Shown: positions 1 through 9,538, counted from the first letter of the stretch. The stretch is DNA of 64,000 nucleotides from Chlamydiales bacterium (GCA_030681135.1 JAUXXF010000019.1:16578-80577), one strand, 5' to 3'. Notes: generated by a model from the sequence alone, not told the origin. Translations and numbers: made by a program.

Positions 1-421
1 CGCTTATGCTGATAACGATATTTTTAAGATTTTCTTGTTAGACATAGGGCTCCTTGGCGCTCAAAGCAGCCTTTCTCCGCAGACTATTCTTGATGGAGAT
101 CTTTTGTTTACAGAATTCAAGGGGGCTCTTACGGAAAACTATGTGGCTCAGGAGCTCATCGCAACTAAACATAAGCCGCCTTATTATTGGGCAAGCGAAG
201 GTATTGCAGAAGTTGATTTTCTGATCGAAGAAGATCGTGCCATTTATCCTCTTGAAGTAAAGGCAGGGGCTAGTCAGAAAAAAAAGAGCCTTCTTGTGTA
301 CAACCAAAAATATGCACCTTCCAAGCTTGTTAGAGCGACTACTATGAATTTAAAGCATGATGGGGATATTTATAATTATCCTCTCTATATGATCTCTAGA
401 TTTCCTTTAAAAACTAAATAA
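1..421 (+). CDS. AAA+ ATPase family protein, C-terminal DUF4143 part (5' truncated by window edge)
   Basis: Frame is open from the window start. DIGLL...KGALTENYVAQEL...YYW...EVDFLIE...PLEVKAG matches the DUF4143 restriction-endonuclease-like tail. Confidence 0.85.
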   Translation, partial: AYADNDIFKIFLLDIGLLGAQSSLSPQTILDGDLLFTEFKGALTENYVAQELIATKHKPPYYWASEGIAEVDFLIEEDRAIYPLEVKAGASQKKKSLLVYNQKYAPSKLVRATTMNLKHDGDIYNYPLYMISRFPLKTK

Positions 422-550
422 GCCGAGTGAAGCAAGGGATATGCCGCGGAAGAGGCTCTGGCTCCCCTTTAAACACTGGTATAAAATATTCGTTTCACAA
501 TTTATTGATTCTTCTGATACGATTTCCCTCTTAAAAAAAGGAAAGACGTT

Positions 551-937
551 ATGTTTGCATGCAGTAGAATAGTTAGACACACTTCATTTTGTCTTCAACC
601 CGCACAATATCCTCGATCGCTTTCATCTAAAATAAATGATGCTGAGCTTCCTCCTAAGGCAAAGCAAATAGGAGAATTTATCAAAGAAAGAATGAAGGAA
701 TTTGGAACATCGCCTAATGATCTAAAAGAACAGTCTGAGGCCTTGTTCAAAGCAGCTAAAGAGGGGAAAATTTCTATTAACACACCACCCCCACTCCTTA
801 GCCTAAATTGTACTTTGGAAGAAGCTGGGCTTGTTGTATCTGGCGAGTGGGAAAAGAAAGAGAATCTTGCATTGCTAAGTGAAGGAGACAAAGCAGGAAG
901 GCTTGTACTCCCTCTAAATATGCCTTCTGAGGACTAA
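551..937 (+). CDS. hypothetical protein
   Basis: 128-aa ORF with AAGGAA upstream and a hairpin downstream; no family recognised. Confidence 0.6.
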   Translation: MFACSRIVRHTSFCLQPAQYPRSLSSKINDAELPPKAKQIGEFIKERMKEFGTSPNDLKEQSEALFKAAKEGKISINTPPPLLSLNCTLEEAGLVVSGEWEKKENLALLSEGDKAGRLVLPLNMPSED

Positions 938-941
938 ACCT

Positions 942-968
942 TATAGTCATTTAATAAAATGACTGTAT
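942..968 (+). terminator. probable terminator hairpin
   Basis: TATAGTCATTT...AAATGACTGTA right after the stop at 937; weak U-tract. Confidence 0.4.
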
Positions 969-1189
969 GCTTCCTCTTTATCATATGTAACTCCTTAATT
1001 TTTTAGGTCATTGTCACGTTCTGTATAAACTCAAAACAAGCGATCAGAGTTGTTTTGACCAGTGAGCTTCTCTTGAAGGATTTTTTTTAATGATCTCTGC
1101 TCTGTGGTTATACCGAATGTGTTGTTGTACATTAACAAAGCTTCGGTATAATTTTCCGCACTAAAGAACATTGAATAAAAGGCAAGAAG

Positions 1190-1870
1190 ATGAGCGGCTG
1201 TATTAACGCACTAAGAAACCCCTATGGCGATAGTCATTATATCGATGATTATTATTTTTACAGCGAAATATATCCTAAGCTTAGCGGAAGAGGAAATATA
1301 ATAATTACTGCTGAGACGACTATGGATTGTTTTGAAAAGTATTGTTTAGATAATCATGTAGATGCGTTTAATAAACGTTCTATTGATGCGGTCGTAGCTG
1401 TTGCAATGGCTGCAAAAATGGGCAATGTATCCCTTATTGAAAGTTTAGTACAAAGGATTGGACCTGAAATTTTAAACACCTACGACAGAAATTATTTTAC
1501 ACCGATACATATCGTTTGTCAGGAGACGCGCGTAGAAAATGGCATTTATAACATTAAACAGCTCTGTAGAGGGGTAAAAAAATTGATTGATTTAGGAGCA
1601 GATCCAAACATCACCTCTTCACAGTGCTATACTCCTTTGAGTGCTTCAGCATTAAAAACTGAGAACATTCTTCTAACGCATTTGTTGATTCAAAATCATG
1701 GCAAATTGCCTGCATCATGTATGTCTCATCTCAGAGATCACGCTGTTTTTATAAAAACTGGCTCCAATCTAGCTGAATCAATAATCAAAAAAAATATTAA
1801 CGAGGTATTTATAAAACAATACAACAATAAAGAAGAATGTCTAAATATATATAACAATATATTTTTCTGA
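1190..1870 (+). CDS. ankyrin-repeat protein (possible effector)
   Basis: Ankyrin-like motifs AAKMGNVSLIESLV, FTPIHIVC, KKLIDLGADPN, YTPLSASA; AT-rich. Confidence 0.7.
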   Translation: MSGCINALRNPYGDSHYIDDYYFYSEIYPKLSGRGNIIITAETTMDCFEKYCLDNHVDAFNKRSIDAVVAVAMAAKMGNVSLIESLVQRIGPEILNTYDRNYFTPIHIVCQETRVENGIYNIKQLCRGVKKLIDLGADPNITSSQCYTPLSASALKTENILLTHLLIQNHGKLPASCMSHLRDHAVFIKTGSNLAESIIKKNINEVFIKQYNNKEECLNIYNNIFF

Positions 1871-1992
1871 TAGCAGCCGCGACTGTTTGCATATTGCGTG
1901 GGAACGCGAACGGCAGAAGCACAAAAGTATAGTCGAGTCAATGTTGCATATCGCAACTTATTAATGTTCAATGGATTGTCCTTAAATATCGC

Positions 1993-2049
1993 ATTTTGCT
2001 GGTCATTTCGTCATTTTGAGTCTCAAAATGACGAAATGACCAACAAAAT
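1993..2049. repeat. near-perfect 57-bp palindrome between convergent genes
   Basis: ATTTTGCTGGTCATTTCGTCATTTTGAG-T-CTCAAAATGACGAAATGACCAACAAAAT: 28-bp arms, 1-nt centre, one mismatch. Confidence 0.9.
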
Positions 2050-2064
2050 AAATGGTTCGAAAAA

Positions 2065-2565
2065 TTAGGTATTGTTGAAAGTTGTTTCTTCAACGATCCA
2101 AGACAAATAGCGGGGATTTGCCTGGGCAATATCGACCTGCAAAATCTCTGGAACTTCGTAGCTGCAGTGCGTTTGAATATATACTGCGCCCACTTAGGTT
2201 GTGTGAATTTTGGTGAGCATCTTTTTTGCTCCAGCGCATTGCTCGCTCTTGCAAACTCTCTGAGTTTGCGGCGAGCTCCGCAATGCTACTGGAGCTAAAA
2301 AATCTGCTGCCAAAATTCACACAATCTAAGTGGGCGCAGTATAGCTTTGGACTGTATCAAAATGTTTAGGCTGAGTCTTGAGAATCACCTTCGTTTCTCG
2401 GCTCTCTTCGATTTTTCCTTCCCATCGATAGATCGATTCGACCTCTGGAAAAATAGACGCGCAAGCAATGAGCTGCTGGCCTAACAATCCGTGAAGGATC
2501 TTCTTGGCTTCTTGCTTGTCACGGCAAGTCCAAAAAATATAAATAGCTTCTCTCTTATTAGGCAT
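2065..2565 (-). pseudogene. cutA: divalent-cation tolerance protein CutA, interrupted by a MITE
   Basis: N-part MPNKREAIYIFWTC...LIACASIFPEVESIYRWEGKIEESRETKVILKT...VQSY (2565-2341). C-part YIQTHCSYEVPEILQVDIAQANPRYLSWIVEETTFNNT* (2181-2065). Removing 162 bp gives a 112-aa CutA. Confidence 0.92.
2182..2341. mobile_element. 160-bp palindromic MITE (family B) with TA target duplication
   Basis: Terminal inverted repeats TACTGCGCCCACTTAG(G/A)TTGTGTGAATTTTGG; TA at 2180-2181 and 2342-2343; the interior is also self-complementary. Confidence 0.9.
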
Positions 2566-2569
2566 TGAT

Positions 2570-2803
2570 TTATGAGCCTCCCCCGTTGCCGCCATGGCCA
2601 CCATTTCCTCCGAAAAATCCGCCGCGACCTCCCTTCCCGCCGTTGCCATCTTTAGCGCCAGTGCCTCCATTTCCTCCGTTGCCTCCAAAAAACCCACCAT
2701 CTTCTCCGTTTTGACCAATTTCTCCATTTTTGCCATTTTGGTCAGAGCAAGCCACAAGAGAGATCGAAGAAATCAGCGCGGCAATGCTAAGTAAAATTTT
2801 CAT
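2570..2803 (-). CDS. small glycine-rich lipoprotein
   Basis: GGAG RBS, signal peptide with lipobox LVAC, then G-x-x/GGNGG repeats with two GGFFGGNGG units. Confidence 0.75.
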   Translation of the reverse strand: MKILLSIAALISSISLVACSDQNGKNGEIGQNGEDGGFFGGNGGNGGTGAKDGNGGKGGRGGFFGGNGGHGGNGGGS

Positions 2804-2824
2804 ATTTTGGACTCCTGGTTCTCT

Positions 2825-3742
2825 CTACAATTTAAGGGGAGCTTGCAGATTATAGATTTTTTGTCTGATGGAAAGCTTCGTCTCTTCATCTTCTTTCCAC
2901 AACGTCGTCTCTGGAGTAGAAGGGTGACTAAAGCGGGATAAACTGAGGAGCGCAAAGAGCTCTTTTGGCGGAGTGGTCGCATGATGCTGACGGCATAATT
3001 CTTCAATTCTTTCTTGTGTAACGGCAAGTGTCTCTTTATGCATTTCTTCGTAGATGGCGGTTGCAGCATGTGTAAAAAAGACGCTGAGCATAGTAGGGGT
3101 TGCATGAAGGAGGCAAAGTTTTTCTGAGTCTTTTGTAACCTGCTTGATTTTGACAAAGTCTAATAAAGGAGGATATTTGTTTTTCGAGCCCCGAAGCATG
3201 TTGTAATAGAGGGTTTGCAAAGAAGAGTCTTTGAAGGCAATTTTTTCTAAAAGAACGGGTTCTTGAGGTTTTTCGGTAAGAATCTTTCGAATCTCTAAGA
3301 GCCAGGCATCGAGGAAGCGATCCTGTAGCTCAGAGCGGTCTGAAAAAAAAGCAAATAGATGTTTTTCATAATAGATTTTTAACATCTGGGCGAGCTGTTC
3401 ATAGAGTAATTTGTGCTCTTCTTCTTTTTTCTCTTGTTGGAGAAGAGGCCAGAGATTAAGCCGCGCACATTCAGGGTTGACGAGCGGAATCTTGAGTTTT
3501 TTTTCAGGGGATTTTTCAGAGGTTTTAGAAGAAGACTTCGATTTGGAAGGTTTGTTTTTTCTAATGGCTTTTATGGATTTATAGGTTTTTTCTTCACAAT
3601 CCGAAAGAATCTGATGATGGATTTTTGCTTGGGCCAGAAAAGTTTTATGGATTTGATGGATGGAAACTTGTTTTTCTAAACATGCGTAAAACCCAAATGA
3701 GAAGATGAGTAACATGGAAAATACGATTCCTAGGATGTTCAT
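2825..3742 (-). CDS. type II secretion GspK-like protein
   Basis: N-terminal TM helix and RLNLWPL segment; coupled to the upstream pseudopilin-like gene. Family call is inferred from context. Confidence 0.55.
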   Translation of the reverse strand: MNILGIVFSMLLIFSFGFYACLEKQVSIHQIHKTFLAQAKIHHQILSDCEEKTYKSIKAIRKNKPSKSKSSSKTSEKSPEKKLKIPLVNPECARLNLWPLLQQEKKEEEHKLLYEQLAQMLKIYYEKHLFAFFSDRSELQDRFLDAWLLEIRKILTEKPQEPVLLEKIAFKDSSLQTLYYNMLRGSKNKYPPLLDFVKIKQVTKDSEKLCLLHATPTMLSVFFTHAATAIYEEMHKETLAVTQERIEELCRQHHATTPPKELFALLSLSRFSHPSTPETTLWKEDEETKLSIRQKIYNLQAPLKL

Positions 3743-4390
3743 GATTTTCCTTGATGGGCAGAGTAGATGATTTCTGGCTGCGAAGAGGGGAGTAGGAAGA
3801 CAAATTCCAAAGAGGGCAACTCTTTTTTATCCTCTTGCTCCCAAAGATCGAGGCGGATTAAGCAAGGAATCGGCGCTTTTTCCTTTTCAGAGCGTTCGTC
3901 TTCCCAGGCAATAGACTGGTTTGGCTTTCTTGTTAAAAAAAGAAATTTGGCGTCATAGACGTTTTGCATCAAAACTTCGAGGCGGACGGAAGTTTGTTTT
4001 TTTTCTCTCTCTTTAGGCCAAATCGCTAGACAAAGTTGGTTTTGTTTGTCTATGAAGATGCGTCCAAGAGAGGGGCCGCTGAAAGCTGGATCTGGATCGA
4101 TACCATGATCGAAAGAGACGATAAGGCTTGAGTGGGTCTCTTTAGGAAATACTTTCGTGTACAAGGCAGCTCCATCGCGAGATGGAATCATCGAGGTGAA
4201 GAGAGATTGAAGTCTTTGGGTAAGATGTTGTCTTTGTAGGAGAGCATTTTTTGCTTTTTCAAGTTTGACATCCATTTTTGCACTCGAGGTGAAAAAAGAA
4301 AGCAGAACGGAGAGCAAGGTTGCCAAAAGGGCAAGACCAATTATGATTTCCAGAAGGAAGAAAGTCCGTTTTTGAGTGACGAGGCCGCAA
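3739..4390 (-). CDS. pseudopilin-like protein (GspJ-like); start uncertain
   Basis: Prepilin-type N-terminus KRTFFLLEIIIGLALLATLLSVLL. The ORF-track start at 4506 overlaps the OPT gene by 166 nt; see the finding on the TTG at 4390. Confidence 0.65.
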
Positions 4391-6209
4391 GGAGACCTCC
4401 TAATAGAAGAAAAAATCCCAGGCCTACTAATCCTGACCAGGCCAGTGTTGCATGGAAAGGGGAAACATGAAAAACGGCCATAAGGGCGATGACGATTCCA
4501 ATGCATGCATCTCCTCCAATTAGCCCTGAAGCGAGCAAAACGCCTCGTTCCTGGGAGGTCAGGTCGCGTTTCGATTGATCATCGACCCAGGCGCGCGCAA
4601 GACCGCCTACGATCATAGCACTTGTCAACGATAGAGGCAAATAAACTCCTAAGGCAAAAGGGAGCAGCTGCACTCTTAATAGGGTGAGAATAAGCCCGAT
4701 GATCATTCCTACGCCGACTAAACCATAAGGAAGCTCTTGATCGATAACTCCCTCGGCGATCATCGCCATTAACGATGCTTGAGGAGCCGGCATATTGACA
4801 GAACCTAATTCGTAGGCTTCATTGAAAGCATAAATCGCATAGCCTACGACTAAAGAAGGGAGGATGACCCCGATGATTTCAGCGATCTGTTGAGCTCGTG
4901 GCATGGCTCCGACGAGATGCCCGGTTTTTAAATCTTGCGAGGTAGTCCCTGCAGTGCAAATCGCGCAGCAAGTGACGCAGCTCATCGTAATTGCTGAAAT
5001 CAAATAGACTCTTTCTGTCCAGCCTAGAAGAACAAAAATGGTGCATGTGATGAGCAGTACTGTGAGTGTCATCCCTGATACAGGACTTGTTGTCGTTCCG
5101 ACTAGGCCTACAGATAAGCAAGTGATGGCTACAAAGAAAAACCCAAGAACAACGAGTAAAACGATGGTAAAAAAGTTTAAAGAAAAAGAGGGGATGAGCC
5201 AAAGCGCCAAAATAATAGCAGCAGCTCCTGGAATGATCCAAGACATGGAGAGATCTCTTTGGGCTCTTGGGACGTAGCTTTTTTTTTCAAAAGTGCCGAG
5301 GAGCTCTTTCATGCTTGCAAGGACGATTCGATAGATCAGAGGGAGGATTTGTAATAGATTGAGAAGCCCTCCAAAAATAAGCGCTCCGGCGCCTATGTAG
5401 CGAACATAGTAGCTCCAAATTTGATCTGCTGACATTTCGGAGATAGGAATGAAAGAAGGGTAAATAATCTCGGGACCAAGGGCAAAAGTTTTGATAAGAG
5501 GGATAAACACCCACCAGGCAAGAAGACTGCCTGAGAACATAAGCGCGGTGATTCTGGGGCCGATGATATAGCCTACTCCTAAAAGAGAGGGGGTGGCTTC
5601 CATCACAAACTGGAATTTATTTTGAAAAAAAGCCCATTTTGGAGTGTCTTCCCAGAGCAGAAAAACACTTGAGCACATTTTGTAAAGAGCTCCTGTTAAA
5701 AGTCCCCAAAAGGCGATAGGCGCAGCTTTTCGAGTCGAATCACCAGCTTTTAAGATAGCCGCTGCTGCTGTTCCCTCAGGAAAAGGGAGTTTATGCTGTT
5801 CTTTAATGATCACAAAACGGCGCATAGGAATCATGAATAAGATCCCCAAAATGCCTCCGAATGAGGAAAGGAGAAAAATCCTTGTGATAGAAGGGCTATT
5901 GCCGAGTAAGATCAACGCCGGAATGGTAAAAGCGACGCCTGCTGCGAGCGCCTCTCCGATGGTAGCGATCGTCTGTACGGTATTATTTTCTAAAATTGTG
6001 GAGTTTTTATACAGTTTGAGCACGCTCATTGACATGATGGCTGCGGGGATAGAAGCGGAAATGGTCGTGCCCACTTTTAGGGCCAAGTACGCGTTGATGA
6101 TGGCAAAAACTAAGCCAAAAAACACCCCGACGCTCACAGCTCTTAGCGTAAGCTCTCTGATCTTGGCCTTGTGAGGCGAGGGAAGGTGTAAATGCTTTCG
6201 AGATGCCAT
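4341..6209 (-). CDS. OPT family oligopeptide transporter
   Basis: ELTLRAV...NAYLALKVG.TISASIPAA, LENNTVQTIA, LPFPEGTAAA, SQDLKTGHLVGA, PAPQA motifs. Confidence 0.95.
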   Translation of the reverse strand: MASRKHLHLPSPHKAKIRELTLRAVSVGVFFGLVFAIINAYLALKVGTTISASIPAAIMSMSVLKLYKNSTILENNTVQTIATIGEALAAGVAFTIPALILLGNSPSITRIFLLSSFGGILGILFMIPMRRFVIIKEQHKLPFPEGTAAAAILKAGDSTRKAAPIAFWGLLTGALYKMCSSVFLLWEDTPKWAFFQNKFQFVMEATPSLLGVGYIIGPRITALMFSGSLLAWWVFIPLIKTFALGPEIIYPSFIPISEMSADQIWSYYVRYIGAGALIFGGLLNLLQILPLIYRIVLASMKELLGTFEKKSYVPRAQRDLSMSWIIPGAAAIILALWLIPSFSLNFFTIVLLVVLGFFFVAITCLSVGLVGTTTSPVSGMTLTVLLITCTIFVLLGWTERVYLISAITMSCVTCCAICTAGTTSQDLKTGHLVGAMPRAQQIAEIIGVILPSLVVGYAIYAFNEAYELGSVNMPAPQASLMAMIAEGVIDQELPYGLVGVGMIIGLILTLLRVQLLPFALGVYLPLSLTSAMIVGGLARAWVDDQSKRDLTSQERGVLLASGLIGGDACIGIVIALMAVFHVSPFHATLAWSGLVGLGFFLLLGGLLAASSLKNGLSSFWKS

Positions 6210-6376
6210 CTTTTTCTATATGCCTTATGAGTGAGGGAATGTAAAGAGGCGGGTAGGGGAATTGCTGTTGTGTTGTTAATTTTTTTACTTAGCGTTAAAT
6301 GATCGCGATATTTGCACGATAACTTTGACAGAGTTATTGTGCAAAAAGTAGGGTTACTTAACTGAATTAGAACGAC

Positions 6377-6859
6377 TTACGTCTGATCGGTTATGGGGTT
6401 CATTTTTCTGACGATTGCTCGGTAACTATAGGTGGGAAGCGATTTGTTGGTTTTCTTTTCGAAGGGGGCAAACTGGATTTCCACTTCCAACAGGCGGACC
6501 AATTCTCCTTTTGTGCTGATTTTTTCCCGCTTGAACTTGAGGACGGCTCTTCTGGCGATTTTTTCCTCTTGGCGATGGGGAATCTGGAGACAGCCTTCCG
6601 TAACGGGGTAGATTTTTTGAGGGATTTTTTTTGAAGGGAGCTTATCCCAGGCGATTTGATGATTCAATAATTTGATTTTGATTTCGGCAAAGGCAAGATC
6701 GGCGAGGCGCTGTCCTTCAAGCTCTCTAAGGGCTTTTATTTGTGTTTGATAAAGCTGAGTAGGTTTTTTGATTAAAGGACCTAGGCACATGGCAAGGAGA
6801 GAGCAAGCAAGAAGAACTTCTAGCAAAAGAGAGGGGCGTTTTTTTCTTTTCTTTGACAT
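6377..6859 (-). CDS. pseudopilin-like protein
   Basis: Basic leader followed by SLLLEVLLACSLLAMCL (Glu+5-type hydrophobic segment). Confidence 0.6.
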   Translation of the reverse strand: MSKKRKKRPSLLLEVLLACSLLAMCLGPLIKKPTQLYQTQIKALRELEGQRLADLAFAEIKIKLLNHQIAWDKLPSKKIPQKIYPVTEGCLQIPHRQEEKIARRAVLKFKREKISTKGELVRLLEVEIQFAPFEKKTNKSLPTYSYRAIVRKMNPITDQT

Positions 6860-6893
6860 TAGATCTACAATTCGTTATTATTTAAAATAATTT

Positions 6894-7862
6894 ATGAAGT
6901 TACAGACAAAAGCTATTTATAATTTATTGAGGTTAAATCCTCAAGAGGCATCTCAAGCAGATGTGAAGCCTTGGGCTTTGGAAGACTTGCGTCAAGTGGC
7001 TTTAGAGTCGCTTTTCCAGAGGCTGGCGAATTTGGGCGTTTCGCTTCAAAAGCCAACATTTGTTTCTTTTGCTGAAGAGTGCGACACTCCCGAGGAGCTG
7101 GTAGAGCTTCTAGTAGAAGAGGGCATTTCTCCTGAGCATTATGATCAGATGTATTTGCTCATTTTTGAATTGTGGCGTCGCATTTTGCCTGAAAAGCAAT
7201 CTCTTTCCATTTTTTGCGATGAATTGGATCATCGGATTTTTCAGTATGATCAAGAGTTGTTAGATAGCGACGAGTCCATTCAGGATATATTGGCCAATTT
7301 GCAAGACATTTTAGAAGAGAATGTGGATGAAGGAGAAGATCCTATTAGGGTTTTTTCTCTGATCGGAGAGTATTGTGCGCACGATATTGAGGGATTTTTA
7401 TATGACTACATTGCAGAGCTCCTCGATCATGCAGATGATGGTTATGCAGGCGAGCTCCTTGATGGGTTTTCCCCATTCGTTTCAGAATCTTTCTGGTTTG
7501 AGTTTTTACGCGCAAGAGCCCTTTCTTTTACTGATCCTTTTAAGGCGAATGCAGAAATTGCCCGTATTTTAGACAAGCACCCTCAAAATGAGACCTCTTT
7601 TTTATTTGATATTCTCCGTTTTCTCTCGATCAGTGGAGAGCATCGTTTGTTTATTGCGGTCATTCAGAAAATCATCGCACAGCTCGACTCGGAAGAGCAG
7701 TTTGAGGAATTGATGGCCATCGCTGCAGACTACTACCGAAGGCTCGATCAAGAGGATGTAGAAAAAGCCATCGAACGGCTCATGAAAAAACGTTCTAGTT
7801 CAACTTATCAGTTTAATCCTAAAGATCCAGATTTAAAAACCTTTGCTCAGTCGCTTAAATAG
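6894..7862 (+). CDS. conserved hypothetical acidic helical protein
   Basis: 322-aa ORF with host-like codon usage; no motif recognised. Confidence 0.75.
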   Translation: MKLQTKAIYNLLRLNPQEASQADVKPWALEDLRQVALESLFQRLANLGVSLQKPTFVSFAEECDTPEELVELLVEEGISPEHYDQMYLLIFELWRRILPEKQSLSIFCDELDHRIFQYDQELLDSDESIQDILANLQDILEENVDEGEDPIRVFSLIGEYCAHDIEGFLYDYIAELLDHADDGYAGELLDGFSPFVSESFWFEFLRARALSFTDPFKANAEIARILDKHPQNETSFLFDILRFLSISGEHRLFIAVIQKIIAQLDSEEQFEELMAIAADYYRRLDQEDVEKAIERLMKKRSSSTYQFNPKDPDLKTFAQSLK

Positions 7863-7896
7863 TGATATATCCCCAAAATAGGGGAGAGCTATCACT

Positions 7897-9342
7897 GTGA
7901 AACCGTTTGCTGTCATTCTTTTACTACTTTTTATCAGTTCCTGCCATGTTGGCCCCCGTTATGAAGGACCTTCTTCTGACGCTCCGGCTGATTGGAAAGG
8001 CTCTTCCATGGAAGCCACCGATGCGGCAGTTGAAAACTGGTGGGATATTTTTTGCGACGAGAAGCTAGATGAGCTCGAGAGGCTTGCTATCGAAAATAAT
8101 CGCAATTTGTACATGGCTCTTGAAAAAGTTGCAGAAGCTAGAGCCGTCGCCGGGGTTGCCAAATCAACTCTTTATCCTCAGGTCTATGCGAATCCTGCCT
8201 TTAATAACCTGAATGAGCTGATCAAACTCTACGGAGTTCCTCAGAGTCTATTTCCTGGTCTCAAAACGATCTCAAGAGTGCATGAACAGTCGTATTTGTT
8301 GCCAGTGACGATGAGCTATGAGGTGGATTTGTGGGGGAAATATCGGGGCACATACAATGCAGCGACGATTTACGCTCAGGCGAAAGATGAGGCTGTTAGA
8401 GTCACTCTCTTAACGATCACCACGGAAGTGGCGAGCCACTATTTTAATCTTAGAGCGGTAGATACCCAAATTGCCCTTCTAGAACAAATTCTCAACCTCC
8501 GAAAAGAGCTTTTCTCTCTCATCAAATCGAGATATCAATCTGGTCTTGTCAGTTATCTAGATTATCTCGATGCAGAAAAAATTCTCGCAGACACCGATGC
8601 CGAGTATCAAGAGAGCGTTCGTCAAAGATCCGTCTTTGAAAATGCCCTAGCATCTCTTTTAGGAACGATTGCTTCTGGTTTTTGCTTACCCCCTTCTCCT
8701 CTTTTGACTCCTCCTCCTCCCATTCCATCTGGCATCCCCTCTGAGATGCTCATGCGAAGGCCAGATCTAGCTCAAGCAGAAAGAGCCATGGCTGGGTTTC
8801 ATGAACTCATTTCCGTTGCCTACTCCACCTATTTTCCTTCCATTCTCCTCACTTCCGCCCTTGGGTTTTCCAGCCCCGATCTCTCGCAATTTCTCAACTG
8901 GACAGGTCGTTTATGGCAGATTGGCATCGACATCGCCCAAGTGATTTTTAACGGCGGTCGCAATCGCTCCTACGTAGAAGCTGCCTACGCTCGCTTTCGA
9001 GAGGCTAAAGCCTACTACGAACAAACTGTTTTCACAGCCTTTCAAGAAGTCGAAGATGCCCTAAACAATGTCGAGCAGTCTTCCCTTCAATTCAACGCCT
9101 TGCAAATCGCCTCAACATCTTCTCAACGTTTCTCCGGTCTCTCTGAGCTACGTAACGCAAAAGGTCTCGTCAATTCCCTCGACACCCTCTCTGCTCAGCG
9201 CGCAGCTCTCGATGCCGAACGAACCTCCATGAACGCTCTCGGTCGGCGCTATCAAGCAGCCATTCAACTCATCAAAGCTCTCGGTGGTGGCTGGGAAGGA
9301 TGTTCACCTTATCTTGGGGCTCCGCCCTCCGGAGACGGCTAA
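7897..9342 (+). CDS. NodT/OprM-family efflux outer-membrane lipoprotein
   Basis: Lipobox ISSC-HVGP; WWDIF.DEKL, SYEVDLWGK, PSEML.RRPDL, AFQEVEDAL, LIKALGGGW. The last residues are encoded by the REP/MITE. Confidence 0.93.
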   Translation: MKPFAVILLLLFISSCHVGPRYEGPSSDAPADWKGSSMEATDAAVENWWDIFCDEKLDELERLAIENNRNLYMALEKVAEARAVAGVAKSTLYPQVYANPAFNNLNELIKLYGVPQSLFPGLKTISRVHEQSYLLPVTMSYEVDLWGKYRGTYNAATIYAQAKDEAVRVTLLTITTEVASHYFNLRAVDTQIALLEQILNLRKELFSLIKSRYQSGLVSYLDYLDAEKILADTDAEYQESVRQRSVFENALASLLGTIASGFCLPPSPLLTPPPPIPSGIPSEMLMRRPDLAQAERAMAGFHELISVAYSTYFPSILLTSALGFSSPDLSQFLNWTGRLWQIGIDIAQVIFNGGRNRSYVEAAYARFREAKAYYEQTVFTAFQEVEDALNNVEQSSLQFNALQIASTSSQRFSGLSELRNAKGLVNSLDTLSAQRAALDAERTSMNALGRRYQAAIQLIKALGGGWEGCSPYLGAPPSGDG

Positions 9343-9538
9343 CGAATTTAGATTTCGTCGATTTTAGGGATTATTTTGGCCGATTTTCGATTCTCTTTCG
9401 GGGGGTCATATGCTGAAAGTCGATATTACCCCCCGAAAGAGAATCAAAAAGCGGCTCAAAAGAACCCTAAAATCGACTGAAACTAAATCCGTTAGCCGTC
9501 TCTTCCCCCGCCAAAGGACTGACGTCCTCTGGACTCCC
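9316..9538 (+). repeat. REP-like repeat split by MITE family A
   Basis: GGGGCTCCGCCC (9316-9327) [insert] CCCCGCCAAAGGACTGACGTCCTCTGGACTCCC. Confidence 0.9.
9332..9502. mobile_element. 171-bp palindromic MITE family A, copy 1
   Basis: Ends GAGACGGCTAACG...CGTTAGCCGTCTC; full-length imperfect inverted repeat homologous to 18362-18532 and 35223-35391. Confidence 0.88.

Noticed and set aside
2090-2320. 76-aa ORF as a MITE-encoded protein
   Set aside because: It starts inside the palindrome and runs off-frame over the cutA C-terminus, with no transposase motifs.
2326-2757. 143-aa ORF as a single gene
   Set aside because: Its N-terminal part is an off-frame reading of the Gly-rich lipoprotein; the real cutA start is 2565 and the stop comes from the MITE.
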